Of a stretch of 41,956 nucleotides of DNA, positions 11,791-24,860 are shown piece after piece. Source of the DNA: Octopus bimaculoides (Eukaryota). The stretch lies in contig NC_068985.1 in NCBI RefSeq assembly GCF_001194135.2, positions 56,978,332-57,020,287 of the forward strand, written 5' to 3'. The translations under genes were made by a program, and so were the position numbers. The notes beneath the pieces were generated by a model that saw nothing but the letters and a program-made list of their open reading frames with translations, ran no database searches and was not told the origin of the DNA. Each line of letters begins with the position of its first letter. Position 1 is the first letter of the stretch.

Positions 11791-12859
11791 TACATAGAAA
11801 ATACACACGCATATAAATATATATATATATATATATATAAGTAATGTTAATTCTCTAAATGAAGTATTAACAGTAACTGCACGNNNNNNNNNNNNNNNNN
11901 NNNNNNNNNNNNNNNNNNNNNNNNNNNNNNNNNNNNNNNNNNNNNNNNNNNNNNNNNNNNNNNNNNNNNNNNNNNNNNNNNNNNNNNNNNNNNNNNNNNN
12001 NNNNNNNNNNNNNNNNNNNNNNNNNNNNNNNNNNNNNNNNNNNNNNNNNNNNNNNNNNNNNNNNNNNNNNNNNNNNNNNNNNNNNNNNNNNNNNNNNNNN
12101 NNNNNNNNNNNNNNNNNNNNNNNNNNNNNNNNNNNNNNNNNNNNNNNNNNNNNNNNNNNNNNNNNNNNNNNNNNNNNNNNNNNNNNNNNNNNNNNNNNNN
12201 NNNNNNNNNNNNNNNNNNNNNNNNNNNNNNNNNNNNNNNNNNNNNNNNNNNNNNNNNNNNNNNNNNNNNNNNNNNNNNNNNNNNNNNNNNNNNNNNNNNN
12301 NNNNNNNNNNNNNNNNNNNNNNNNNNNNNNNNNNNNNNNNNNNNNNNNNNNNNNNNNNNNNNNNNNNNNNNNNNNNNNNNNNNNNNNNNNNNNNNNNNNN
12401 NNNNNNNNNNNNNNNNNNNNNNNNNNNNNNNNNNNNNNNNNNNNNNNNNNNNNNNNNNNNNNNNNNNNNNNNNNNNNNNNNNNNNNNNNNNNNNNNNNNN
12501 NNNNNNNNNNNNNNNNNNNNNNNNNNNNNNNNNNNNNNNNNNNNNNNNNNNNNNNNNNNNNNNNNNNNNNNNNNNNNNNNNNNNNNNNNNNNNNNNNNNN
12601 NNNNNNNNNNNNNNNNNNNNNNNNNNNNNNNNNNNNNNNNNNNNNNNNNNNNNNNNNNNNNNNNNNNNNNNNNNNNNNNNNNNNNNNNNNNNNNNNNNNN
12701 NNNNNNNNNNNNNNNNNNNNNNNNNNNNNNNNTATATATATATATTTATATATATATATATATATACACGCACACGCACATAGTTATTCTTTTTCACACA
12801 TTATGCTCTAACGATTCTGCCATAACACCACTCTGCAGGGATGGATAGTTATGCAAATG

Positions 12860-13015
12860 GGAGATAGTAAGAGAAAGTGGAGGAGAGAGGGAAAGAGAGA
12901 GACAGACAGAGAGATGAATAGGAAGAGAGACCAAGTGTGAGAGACAGAGCAAGAGAGTAATAGTGCAAGATAAAGTGAGTGAGAGGGAGAAAGAGAGAGA
13001 GAGAGAGGGAAGAGC
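12860..13015. repeat. Degenerate (GA)n purine-rich microsatellite
   Basis: gagagaggg...agagagaga tracts. A similar purine-rich stretch occurs at ~29200-29500. Confidence 0.85.
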
Positions 13016-15179
13016 GCGTGTTGTCAAACATAGGGGATAGAAAAGGGAATAAATGGGTTGCTATTCCAAGAAGATAACGTTCTTTGAATAGTATAATGTT
13101 ATTGAAATTTATTAGTTGCATGAAAATTAAGTCATAGACTCCCTGAATCGGGAAATTATATCGGTTCTTTCACAACATCGCCGAGGTATTAGAAACAAAA
13201 TCTTGTTGCAAAGATACGAATAAATTCGATAAAACATTTCTCCTGTGATGGGGCCTGACACTTTTCACGCCTTGTAATATTTTGTATACATTATTACTCT
13301 AATTTATACGTGAAAAAAGCAAAAGGAGCCCTTCCATTTTGACCTGTATGAGAATANNNNNNNNNNAAAAAAAAACTTTTGATGCAATGCTGTGATATAT
13401 TTACATCATGGATATATCGTAATGTAAATAATACGGAATTGTCTGGGATGTATATATTTCATGAAGAAGTCAGAACATTAAGTTTGTATAGCTTTAAATA
13501 ACGAAAGCAGAATGACCCCAACTATTTCTCTTCCTAGACATCAGTTATGGCTGATATATATCAGTTAAGTGTTGATAGTCTAACTTCTTGTTTCATAATA
13601 AACACGAGTTTCTTTTTTGTTTTTGTTTGTATATCTTTATACATGTAACCTTTAATCTTGCTCATATTTACAAAAGCTTTCTTCCCCAATATATTCACAC
13701 ATGAACCACCTAATAGCAGATCAATGCAGCCGCCCTATTGAATCAATATGATCGAGGTATAATCGTAAGCAATCTATCAACTCTAGTGAAACCGAAGTTG
13801 TCTTACATTCTATAAGGAAGGAAAACATTTATAACTCGAACAAACAATGGTAAGGCGGCAGCAAAAACCAACCAGGAAAATCAAATTCTGAAATTACACA
13901 AAAACATACGAGTAAAATATAAGACAGCATGTTGAAAATAGCTTTAGGATTGTCACTGTGAGACTATTAAAAAGATATGTTAGATCCGATGGGCTACACT
14001 GAAGCTACCCGAATAAATATAACCAAATTGAAGTTTCTTATGGGGTATGCTTAATGATTTTACCCACCACTTCGCAAATTTACTGGGTATGTTACACAGT
14101 GCAGCCAACTACACGGTACCGCTTGAACTATTTCAACATTCATATATTTTCTTCAGCATTCGCTTAAACTATATTTTACTGCCACTGCAGAAATATACAT
14201 CTGACAATTGTTCAGCAGTCAGTTCAAAAACTGTAAGAATACTTGAAATGATATTGGCTTGTCGATATTTTATTTATAGCCTAAGGCGAGACTACATGCG
14301 CTTGAGAGACAAATTATTTCTTGCGTATCTTAGTATATTTAATTTAATTTGTATACGCATATGAAGAATACAAACTGCGTCTATATCTGTAATTTAATGG
14401 AACCATTTTCATATATGTGATAACCGCTAATACTACTAAGTACAGTGGTAAGCAAACCGTTTTCCTGGAAATAGACTGGTTGTACTCTATGTTGAGTTCT
14501 AAAATCGCCAATAACAATACTATATCTCACTGTACTGATGTATGATAATACGTATGTATATGTACGTATATGTATACACACACACATACATACACACGCA
14601 CATAAATACACGCGCGCACACACACAGAGGTATTTATACTTTATTATTTGACCTAAGTACCTTATACAAGAATTTCATGCCCCAAAGATCTTCAGGCAAG
14701 GATTGCCACAGTTAGATGCGTTTCTTTATATTGGATTGCATGAGTTACGCTTGTTGTTACAGTCTATTGCTAGGTTTGCTTTTGGATTCGCTGATTATTA
14801 ACATTTTCTGTTTCTCTAGAAATTTTTTATGTGTTCTTTAAACACGTCTTTAATACAGAGGCTGAAATATTGTCAATCATTCAGAGCTCTGACTGGGTAT
14901 GAAGGGTAGCAACAATTCAAGCCTACGTACACGAACACACATACATACACACAAACACGCACACATACGCACATACACTCGCACACAGACTCACAAACAC
15001 ACAGATACACACACACACACACAAAGACAAACACACACACTCTGACATCCTCACACGCACGGGCGCACACACAAACACACACTCAAACACATGCGTGCAC
15101 ACACACGCACACACACATGTATTTATCATTATTTTTTAATAGTTTATCTTTTACATGTTTCACGTCTTGAATTATGAAG

Positions 15180-15610
15180 AATGTTTTATTCGAACGAATC
15201 GACCCCAGCCCCGAAACACGTTTTTAAGCACGGTACTTATCCTATCAATCTCTTCTGCGGAACCGCTAAGTTGTGGGGATGTAAACAACCCAACAACGGT
15301 TGCCATGCGGTGTAATGAGGGGCAAACACAATCACAAAGACATAATTACACATACACACACACAAAGCACACACACGAACGTATACACACATACACATAT
15401 ACACACATACACATATACACACATACACATATAAACACATACACATATAAACACATACACATATACACACATACGACGGGCTTCTTTCACTTTCCGTCTA
15501 CCAAGGCTTTGGTCGGCCGGAGGATATAGTAGAACATAACTGCTCGAGATACGACGGAGTGGGACTAGACCTGGAACCATCTGGTGTGTAAGCGAACTTA
15601 CCACACAACA
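15180..15610 (-). mobile_element. tRNA-headed SINE family C with internal (TG/TA)n tract
   Basis: Head at 15472-15610, microsatellite at ~15335-15472 and tail (aaccgctaag...gaccccag) at 15180-15330. Homologous to the plus copies at 21495-21895 and 37785-38115. Confidence 0.8.
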
Positions 15611-15647
15611 ACACATGTATATATATATATATGTATACACACACACA

Positions 15648-15686
<39 letters not shown>

Positions 15687-17312
15687 ACACATACGTACAT
15701 ATTTATATATATATATATATATATANNNNNNNNNNNNNNNNNNNNNNNNNNNNNNNNNNNNNNNNNNNNNNNNNNNNNNNNNNNNNNNNNNNNNNNNNNN
15801 NNNNNNNNNNNNNNNNNNNNNNNNNNNNNNNNNNNNNNNNNNNNNNNNNNNNNNNNNNNNNNNNNNNNNNNNNNNNNNNNNNNNNNNNNNNNNNNNNNNN
15901 NNNNNNNNNNNNNNNNNNNNNNNNNNNNNNNNNNNNNNNNNNNNNNNNNNNNNNNNNNNNNNNNNNNNNNNNNNNNNNNNNNNNNNNNNNNNNNNNNNNN
16001 NNNNNNNNNNNNNNNNNNNNNNNNNNNNNNNNNNNNNNNNNNNNNNNNNNNNNNNNNNNNNNNNNNNNNNNNNNNNNNNNNNNNNNNNNNNNNNNNNNNN
16101 NNNNNNNNNNNNNNNNNNNNNNNNNNNNNNNNNNNNNNNNNNNNNNNNNNNNNNNNNNNNNNNNNNNNNNNNNNNNNNNNNNNNNNNNNNNNNNNNNNNN
16201 NNNNNNNNNNNNNNNNNNNNNNNNNNNNNNNNNNNNNNNNNNNNNNNNNNNNNNNNNNNNNNNNNNNNNNNNNNNNNNNNNNNNNNNNNNNNNNNNNNNN
16301 NNNNNNNNNNNNNNNNNNNNNNNNNNNNNNNNNNNNNNNNNNNNNNNNNNNNNNNNNNNNNNNNNNNNNNNNNNNNNNNNNNNNNNNNNNNNNNNNNNNN
16401 NNNNNNNNNNNNNNNNNNNNNNNNNNNNNNNNNNNNNNNNNNNNNNNNNNNNNNNNNNNNNNNNNNNNNNNNNNNNNNNNNNNNNNNNNNNNNNNNNNNN
16501 NNNNNNNNNNNNNNNNNNNNNNNNNNAAACAACGAGTGTTAATGTAATTAAAAGCTAAAAGATTATACTCTATGTAAACATGTCCAAGAACCACATTCCA
16601 CTGAAATATTTTTCAATAGATTATCTCCATATTGCTATGAATATCACATCTGTGACTGAAAAAAAAAACGTTACTATAAAATGTTTTTTTTTCAAAAGTT
16701 TATGTTGCTGAATATATGACATGACATTTTCAAGCACAGCACAATATAACCACTACCACGTACCTAGACATACAAACAAACACAAATGCACGCATGTACA
16801 TTTATGGAAACATATAGTTCAAAGTTTTTACATATTAATTTATATGTTAGCAAACTTGCACAGCACTCGAGTCAAATATGTATCCGATTAATCACACAAA
16901 TGCAATTCCCCATTTTCACACATATAAAGACACATTTGCATCAATGTTTATATTAACTACATGTTTTATTTATCCTTTCGGAGCAATGGATTTGCTGCTG
17001 ACAGATTTCCATCATGGCTCTCACTGGTTCAAAGCATTCTCAGGGATAAAAATGCGTCTATATATCTAGGAAAAAACGTTTAAACATAGCTTTTATGTTG
17101 CTGTTTGTAAATGTGGCTAAATATCTATCTCTATATTGCTACGTAAGTTGGCTGTATAGTTCAAACGGTTTTGTAAATGTATTAGTACAATTTTTCCATT
17201 TAATTATGAACTCTCCCACAATAGCATTAATATCGGATTCACGGTATCTAAGGTACAGAAGAAACTGATATATATGTGACTGTGTGTATAGCTACGTACA
17301 TTTGCAACATAT

Positions 17313-17347
<35 letters not shown>

Positions 17348-17380
17348 TACACACAGACATATACACACACACAGATACAG

Positions 17381-17434
<54 letters not shown>

Positions 17435-17831
17435 NNNNNNNNNNNNNNNNNNNNNNNNNNNNNNNNNNNNNNNNNNNNNNNNNNNNNNNNNNNNNNNNNN
17501 NNNNNNNNNNNNNNNNNNNNNNNNNNNNNNNNNNNNNNNNNNNNNNNNNNNNNNNNNNNNNNNNNNNNNNNNNNNNNNNNNNNNNNNNNNNNNNNNNNNN
17601 NNNNNNNNNNNNNNNNNNNNNNNNNNNNNNNNNNNNNNNNNNNNNNNNNNNNNNNNNNNNNNNNNNNNNNNNNNNNNNNNNNNNNNNNNNNNNNNNNNNN
17701 NNNNNNNNNNNNNNNNNNNNNNNNNNNNNNNNNNNNNNNNNNNNNNNNNNNNNNNNNNNNNNNNNNNNNNNNNNNNNNNNNNNNNNNNNNNNNNNNNNNN
17801 NNNNNNNNNNNNNNNNNNNNNNNNNNNNNNN

Positions 17832-17881
<50 letters not shown>

Positions 17882-18084
17882 CACACCCATACACACATAC
17901 ATATAAGTTTAGGTATATATGTATGTATCTGTGTGTGTGCGCGTGTATGTGCAAGTGTGTGTGTCTGTGTGTATGTGTTTCTATAGTTGCATATCTACTT
18001 GCGTATGTATATGTGTGTACACACGTTTCTATATATTCTAGTGTGGGTGCGTATGTACAAGGGTTGTGGATTTGCTGGTGGACA

Positions 18085-18750
18085 GGAATACACAAGCGTT
18101 GACGATTGATGGTTGGTGACGGTGACAATGGTACAGGCGATGCAGGCAAGCATCTGGTGCTGAGGTTCTATATCCAGGTTGTCGGTAGCCAGTGGCTTAA
18201 AGTTCACCAGAAGGGCTTACCTCTGGTGACAGCAATAGGACAGAACGTATTTCGTATTAAAGGATAATGCGGGTTGGCAGAGGATGTGCAATCTTTCGCT
18301 GAGGCAGAGATGACAATTAGGTGCACCGGGTAAATATGGTAGCGCTCTGTTGACAAATAGTCCACTTGATGCTGGGTGTTTCGTCTCGGAGATCATAGAG
18401 CTTCCAGAGAAAGTGAGGCAGGAAAGTAGAGATCACTCTGTTCCTGCAACTGAATGAGTGCATGTGCTTGAAGTAACTTCCTTTGAAGTCATCAGCTGTC
18501 ATACCCGTATAGTGCCTAATGATGCCATCAGATGGTGTTAGGTTGGATCTGTAGACTACAGCGCTTGAGAAGCAGGATCCACCTAGAGAGCAGGTGGTGG
18601 GGTTGCGTGTAGTGAGGGAAGATTTTTGCGTCTGCTGTTGCGTGTGATGTTAGATGGGACGTTGTGTAAGCAGTAGTAACTCGCCTTGGTATTAGGGGGA
18701 TTAAAGAGTTTGCAATACTTATGACCTCTGGAGAAATGTTTCTTAACGCC
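18085..18750 (-). mobile_element. Penelope-like element, linker plus GIY-YIG endonuclease remnant
   Basis: VKKHFSRGHKYCKLFN..KASYYCLHN / TCSLGGSCFSSAVVYRSN..HYTGMTADDFKGSYFKHMHSF..FLWKL..IKWTI / PNCHLCLSERLHIL..CCHQR. This gives VVY..YTG GIY-YIG motifs and CCHH-type residues. Confidence 0.88.
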
Positions 18751-19524
18751 CTGTATATATTACTCCCTCTTATAAAATGGCTTTTCCTTCGCTTAAACTT
18801 TCAGCTTCTTACAGTCTACTTTCCTTCAAAATATTTTACCATTACAACTTTTCTCTGGTAGACACTCACTTTTCTACCCGTTACTCTTCATAAATTCCCG
18901 CTTTGTTCCTCCCTTTTTTGTGTGAGACCTTAAACTTTTATTCCTCTTTCTAGTGTGAACCTAATAACTTATCATCGTATTTGAGTTTGGTACCTGTTAT
19001 TTTAGCATTACTGGTTTAAACCTTACACCAAGAAAATATGAAGAAATACCTCTCGGGTGGAGGTTTTTTGCCATAGATTTCAACATAATAATTTTGCGCC
19101 TTTTTCGCAGCACCTGTGAATATGAGATGATGATATAGCAACTACTTGTTGATTCTGTGTTAGAGAAGAAGCAGTCGACCTCTCGCTGCCATCCCCTATA
19201 AAGTGATTCTTATTCTCATAAGCACTTGTTCCTGTGCACAACCACTCCACTTGTTCGACTGTTGCGGGTCTTGAAAAAGGATTGGTTGTGCTTAATGTCG
19301 GTTCTCGTCATCAACATTATAGCTCTCGATGGTCTTAAAAAGGTAGACCTCCGGTGGCATCATTTCAGAGATATTGAAACCTGCGAGCCCGTCATTAGGA
19401 CGAGGAATGATTATCGAAGAGCAAGCTTACACACACACACGCACACACACACACACGCGCGTGCGCACACACACATGTTCTTTCGCAGATTCATATAAAA
19501 GGTCATATACTCCAAGCATTTTTT

Positions 19525-20272
19525 CAGATGTATGTCACTGCATATACTTCCTGCGTTCGTACTAGAACCTTAACATTTTCAGCCTTTCTCAGTAGCTCTG
19601 TTGCTCTGAGACAATCATTTCTGGGTAAATTCACTCTATTTGTTGGAGTTCCGCCGTGAATTTTACACTGTTAGGTCACTATTATTGGTAGCAATAGTAT
19701 AAGTGGTCAAGGACAATTGTCCCCTAGAGGAACATCGTAGTTTACTGCTCTCTTGTTCTGTATGCTCTAAAATGTATGAGGTTAGCTGCCTGCATTTTCA
19801 TCGCCACTTAGTAACATGCACCTAGAATAATGCAGCATTACTCATGTCAGTGACCGGGTTCTGCACTGATTTTGGTTCAGTGATTTTAATCCATCCTGGG
19901 CCAGTATATCTTGTGTCCAATTAATTTATTTTCGTGTGCTGGGAGCGCCGGGCTTTAAATTTTCCGAAATTAAATTGCATATTCTTATCCTAGGCCCACC
20001 TGCGTATTGCGTCCAATTCCAGTTGCAGATGCAGAGCTTTTCCAGTGTTCAGCATCCCGAGGAACTTTTGTCATCTACATAGCAAGAAAGAGTGGATATC
20101 TGAGCAGATGGGTATATGCCTGAGTAGGACACTATGAAAAGCAATGGCCCTAATACAACTCCCTGGGGAACCCCACTCACTATTCGCTTTTCCTTAATGT
20201 TGGATCCATTAGCCAGTACTGTCTGACATTTATCTTTCAAAGGAATCGTGTAGCCACAGTCTACGTTTTACT
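19525..20272 (-). mobile_element. CR1/L2-group LINE RT remnant
   Basis: LWLHDSLKDKCQTVLANG..SGVPQGVVLGPLLFI..YVDD, then LQLELDAIRRWA..NMQFN..KF and KCRQLTSYIL..DHLYYC..ERLKML. Confidence 0.88.
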
Positions 20273-20352
20273 ACTACTCACACACATCCACGCAAACATA
20301 TACACACACTATTTACACACACACAGACACACACACACAGACACACACAACA

Positions 20353-20400
<48 letters not shown>

Positions 20401-20636
20401 ATATATATATATATATACATAATGTACATNNNNNNNNNNNNNNNNNNNNNNNNNNNNNNNNNNNNNNNNNNNNNNNNNNNNNNNNNNNNNNNNNNNNNNN
20501 NNNNNNNNNNNNNNNNNNNNNNNNNNNNNNNNNNNNNNNNNNNNNNNNNNNNNNNNNNNNNNNNNNNNNNNNNNNNNNNNNNNNNNNNNNNNNNNNNNNN
20601 NNNNNNNNNNNNNNNNNNNNNNNNNNNNNNNNNNNN

Positions 20637-20680
<44 letters not shown>

Positions 20681-21261
20681 CACACACACGTTTATGAATT
20701 TTTATATATATTATATATGTGCGTGTGTATGTGTGTTTGTGTGCGTGTGTATATATGTGTATTGATAATCGCAAAGGATGGTTTCTGCTACTACTATAGT
20801 ATGCTGTAAATCAGTTTTTTATGAGAAACTGTCTACTGTATTAATGCTGTCTGAATAGAGAAAGAACCTTGCCTATAATACCATTAAGCCTCTGATGAAA
20901 GTTACTGAAATTCGCAATATAACCACTCCTAATTCCTGTTACTAATTTCCTGTTTTCAAACACCGACTTCACCTGCACTTTCACTTTGACATAATAGCTT
21001 GGAGGTGTTGAATAGTTTTTGATTCTACGAGTGGCTTTCATTGTCAAAACATTTACGACAATTATGAAGTAAAAATTTATCTAAAATGTTTGGATCCACA
21101 TATTGTCCCATGGAAGCATTTGCATAAACATGGTCACTGCCACTGCGAGAAATAGCAGTTAAAATATGAAATACCTCCCTACAAACTGTAACTTAAGTGA
21201 GAAGACAGAATAATATCTAAGAAATTACATATGGTATTACAATCACAGGTGTTTTCACTTT

Positions 21262-21350
21262 TATGTTTTACGTGTTCCAGTCAGTTGAATTCGACTATAC
21301 TGGGGCACCGCCTTGAATAGCTCAGTCGGAGCATTAGAGCCTAGTTCTAA
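21262..21350 (-). mobile_element. SINE family C tail fragment
   Basis: tggggcaccgccttgaa.. is the reverse complement of the ttcaaagcggtgcaccagcat tail motif at 38059-38080. Confidence 0.55.
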
Positions 21351-21419
21351 ATTTTGAGATTTGGTACATATTTTAATTATTGGCCGAACGTCTAATCTAC
21401 ATATATACAAACGCACACA

Positions 21420-21455
<36 letters not shown>

Positions 21456-21494
21456 TACACACACACACACATACACACACACACACAAGTACAG

Positions 21495-21895
21495 GTGTAG
21501 GAGTGACTGTGTTATAAGAAGCTAGCCTTCCAACAACAAGGCTCTGGATTCAGTTCCACTACATGGCATCTTGACCATTTGATTTCTACTACAACCTCAA
21601 GCAAACCGAAGGCAAGTGATTTGAGTTAGGAAACAAAAACTGAAAGAAGCCCTTCATATATATATGCATGTATGTATATACGAATAGATGTATATGTGTG
21701 CGTGTGTGTTTGTATGTGTTTCTCCACCATAAGAATTTGGCAACCTGTGTTACTTTATTAACGTCACCAGAACTTAGAGGTTCAGCAAAAAAGGATTGGG
21801 CTTAAAAAATGAGTACTGGGATCGATTATTTTGCAAAACCCTTCAAGATGGTTTCTCAGCATGGCCGTAGTCTAATGACTGAAGAATGGAAGACT
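21495..21895 (+). mobile_element. SINE family C, diverged full-length copy
   Basis: Head (gtgactgtgttataagaagc..ggattcagttccact), aaactgaaagaagcc, TA/TG tract, then tail (aacttagaggttcagcaaaa..gtactgggatcga..cttcaagatgg). Confidence 0.75.
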
Positions 21896-21984
21896 AAATA
21901 CACATAATGTGTTTATGTGTATGCTTGTGTGTGTGCGTTTACATATGTGTGTGTGTGTATGTGACGGTGCATGTGTGTATGTAT

Positions 21985-22120
21985 ACAAAAGGCTTTCACC
22001 AAATTCACTCATAAAGAACTGGTTGGCTCGCAACTGTAGTAGAAGACCCACGCTGAAGGTACTACTCAATGGGATTTACCCCGAAACCATATGGTTAGAA
22101 GGCGAGCTTTAAAACAGAAT
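21985..22120 (-). mobile_element. SINE family C head fragment
   Basis: Aligns by eye to 15472-15600 (caaattcactc..gtagtagaagac..gaaaccatatggtt). Confidence 0.6.
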
Positions 22121-22901
22121 ATCACTTGTGATTTATATTTATGTCATAGGCTTGCTCAATCATAACAGAATTTAAGTTCACCAGCAACAATACCAATAAC
22201 ACCAATAATCATAAAGTAATGATCCTGAACGAAATATCTTCCCTAAAATAAACATTGCTTATACTTTGCGTTATTTTCCATGACTTGGTATATTTTGATT
22301 GATATGTAATAACCATCATCCTATTCTTCAGGCAATATTCTTCAGCTAGTCATAGCAAAACAGTTCGAATCACTGAAAATGTCGTTCGCATATAAATAGC
22401 TGAACAATCATTATCACATAGTAATATTGTCTTTTCTAATCTTGATCACTTCTTTGTTGTTCCTCGTTCCAACTATAAAGATATTCTAGATTGAAATTGC
22501 ATGCTTGGCATTCTCTCATAATTTCTGCTTGCAAACCCTTCGCACCTATTCGTTCTAAGTAAATTATATGTTGTGTTCTGAATTCACAGAAAGCTATAGA
22601 TTATAATTTGGTGATTGAATAATTCCTCTTTAACCATAATGTAAATTAGCAGTTCAAAGCCGCTGAAGTTTTTAAGCGGGTGAATCTCGTGGAACAGTAA
22701 TGAGAAAAAAAATGAATAATGCCGTCCATCAGTTAAAGATCTGAGATACAAACCTCTTAATATGTAAATATGTCGTTATCTTTATAAAGCATTTGCTTAT
22801 TTTTGTGGAATAAAAGATAATTTTCAACGGAAATTAAAGAGTGCGGCAAAAAAAAAAATAGTAGTCGCAAACATGTATATATATATATCTATATATATAC
22901 A

Positions 22902-23375
22902 CAGGGTGTCCCAAAATTGAGGCAACCAACTATTTTCAATATTGCCAAAGCAAAATATTGTTATATTTCGGATCCGAGCAGCGCAATGGAATGGTAAAGG
23001 AAACACAGTTATGATACTGCCACATTTATTCGATATGACCACCTCTATTTCGAATCACAACCTCAGGTCTAGGTGCAAATGCTTCCCACAAGGCACGCGG
23101 GTGTTCTTGCGGAATCGAAGCCCATTCCTGGAGCAGCTTTGCTTTCAGAGCGTCGAGCGAGGCATGAGGAGTGCTCGAGATATTCGTCTCCAAAATAGAT
23201 CAAACAGAAGAATCCAATGGGTTGAGGGCAGTACATCCTTGCCTATGAACGACGGAATGTTTTTTTCTGAATCCAGTGTTGTGTCTGCTCGGCGCTGTGG
23301 GAGGATGCTGAGTTCTCTTAGACGCTCCAAAGTGCGCCTTGGAAATGCTCATTTGCCCATAGAAACAGTTCAGTT
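22902..23375 (-). mobile_element. Tc1/mariner-superfamily (maT/DD37D-like) transposon 3' end
   Basis: TIR-like CAGGGTGTCCCAAAATT at 22902 next to a TA tract. Minus translation with frameshifts: ELFLWANEHFQGALWSV*ENSASSHSAEQTQHWIQK/NIPSFIGKDV../LNPLDSSV.SILETNISSTPHASLDALKAKLLQEWASIPQE..VVIRNRGGHIE*. Confidence 0.85.
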
Positions 23376-23420
23376 TCTGTCCTTTCATCTGTTGCATATA
23401 CACCTCTGAAGTACGGGGTA

Positions 23421-23640
23421 TTTATTTTCACGTTGCTCCAGTCCACTCAGATGGCGAATATGACTAGTACCTGTATTTCAAAGGGTCAGCGTTGTCACAC
23501 TCGGTGTCACGTTGAATTTCCCTGAGAATTGCGTTAAGGGTACACGTGTCTGTTGAATGCTCAACCACTTGCACGTTAATTTCATGAGCGCGCTGGTCCA
23601 TTGGTCGTATCAGCTGGGATCCTCGTCGTCGTGACCGACA
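23421..23640 (+). mobile_element. SINE family B, 5'-truncated copy
   Basis: gtacctgtatttcaaaggg..ccctgagaa..cgttaagggtacacgtgtct..ttaatttca matches the reverse complement of 11485-11700. Confidence 0.8.
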
Positions 23641-24462
23641 GATGTTTCAAATATGGTAGTGCGTGATTTGATGTAGGAAGATTTTTTTTTCTAGCAAGTT
23701 GAGTGACAACAAAGAATGCCTCTTCCTAGCTTGTCTGAGAGATTTTGCGACTCTAGGAGGTGACCCACCGGGTGGAGCTAGTAGAGGGTTCGTTATTGTG
23801 GGCTATCACACTACATCCTTTCATCTGTTAAACATACACCTCTGAAGTACAGGGTATTTAGGAATTTTGATTTTAGTTGCTTGTGGTATGTAGAGCGATA
23901 TAGCTACAGACAAATGATAACAGTTGATCTTTCATTTCCTCAGCATATTATTTGTGCATTATCTAGTGTATGCCGAGTCGAAAAATTAAAATAGAATATA
24001 ACATGATGTGAGAACACAAATGAACTTGGTGATTGTAATATTTTATTTCCTTTTATTGAAGCAAGTAATTCGTTTCAACGAATTGGTTACATCGTTAGAG
24101 ATTTAGACAAAATTTCTCGCGTTGTTCGTTCTGTCTCTCAGCGCCCTCTTTTCAAATCTTTGCTTAATACAGGTCAACTTTGCATATCGCAAATTCAGAA
24201 ATCGATGAAAAAATGTTAAGTTCGCTGCAGGGCGCTCATAGTTGGATGATTACCACAGTGAGATGTATTGTGGTCTTTGTGTTCTAGCAACAACAACAAC
24301 AGTGAGACGCTTCTGTCAGGCTGTATCGATTCTAAAGCAGTGATCTTTCTTTTGGGAAGCATCTGTAGCAGGAAGAGGAGAAACACGAATACATCGCATT
24401 ATATTTGCCCAGACCTACATTATGAAGGAACTCAAAACATGTGACATTGTTCTGCTCGAGTA

Positions 24463-24860
24463 AGGCGGCGAGCTGTCAGAATCGTTAGCAGTATTTCCCC
24501 GTATTTATGTTCTAAGTTCAAATTCCACTGAGGTCGACTTTGTCTTTCATTCTTTCAGGGTTGATAAAATAAATACCAGTTGAACACTGGAGGCGATGCA
24601 ATCTGCGTACTTCTCCCCAAAATTTCAGGCATCATGCCTTTAGTAAAAAGGTTGATTCTGCTTGAGTAAAGCTGGCAAACGCTTAGCAGAATTTCGTCCG
24701 TCTTTACGTTCTGAGATTAAATTCCGCCGAGGTCGACCACGTCGTTCATTTTTTAAGGGTCTATTGAATAAGTACCACTCGAACACTGGGGTCGATGTAA
24801 TCGACTTTACCTCACACTACCCTGACCTTGCTGGCCTTGTGCCAAAATATGAAACCCTTA
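24463..24860 (+). mobile_element. Two tandem copies of SINE-like family D
   Basis: Units at ~24463-24655 and ~24665-24860 share gttctxagxxxaaattccxcxgaggtcgac..aaataxxtacca..gaacactgg..cgatgxaatc. Confidence 0.75.

Noticed and set aside
13245-13278. Tc1-like terminal motif gcctgacacttttcacgccttgTA, and mariner-like TACGAGGGCG at 32870
   Set aside because: Too short, with no partner TIR or transposase sequence nearby.
14047-14364. 105-aa ORF in unique sequence
   Set aside because: TTG/ATG-chance ORF in AT-rich DNA with no recognisable motif or splice support.
20892-20910. CTGATGA...GAAA hammerhead-like spacing
   Set aside because: No pairable helix II, helix III or helix I.
23380-23424. Minus translation YFRGVYATDE resembling Polinton/adenain protease motifs
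   Set aside because: Ten residues only, with no flanking catalytic motifs, and not maintained in frame in the second copy.
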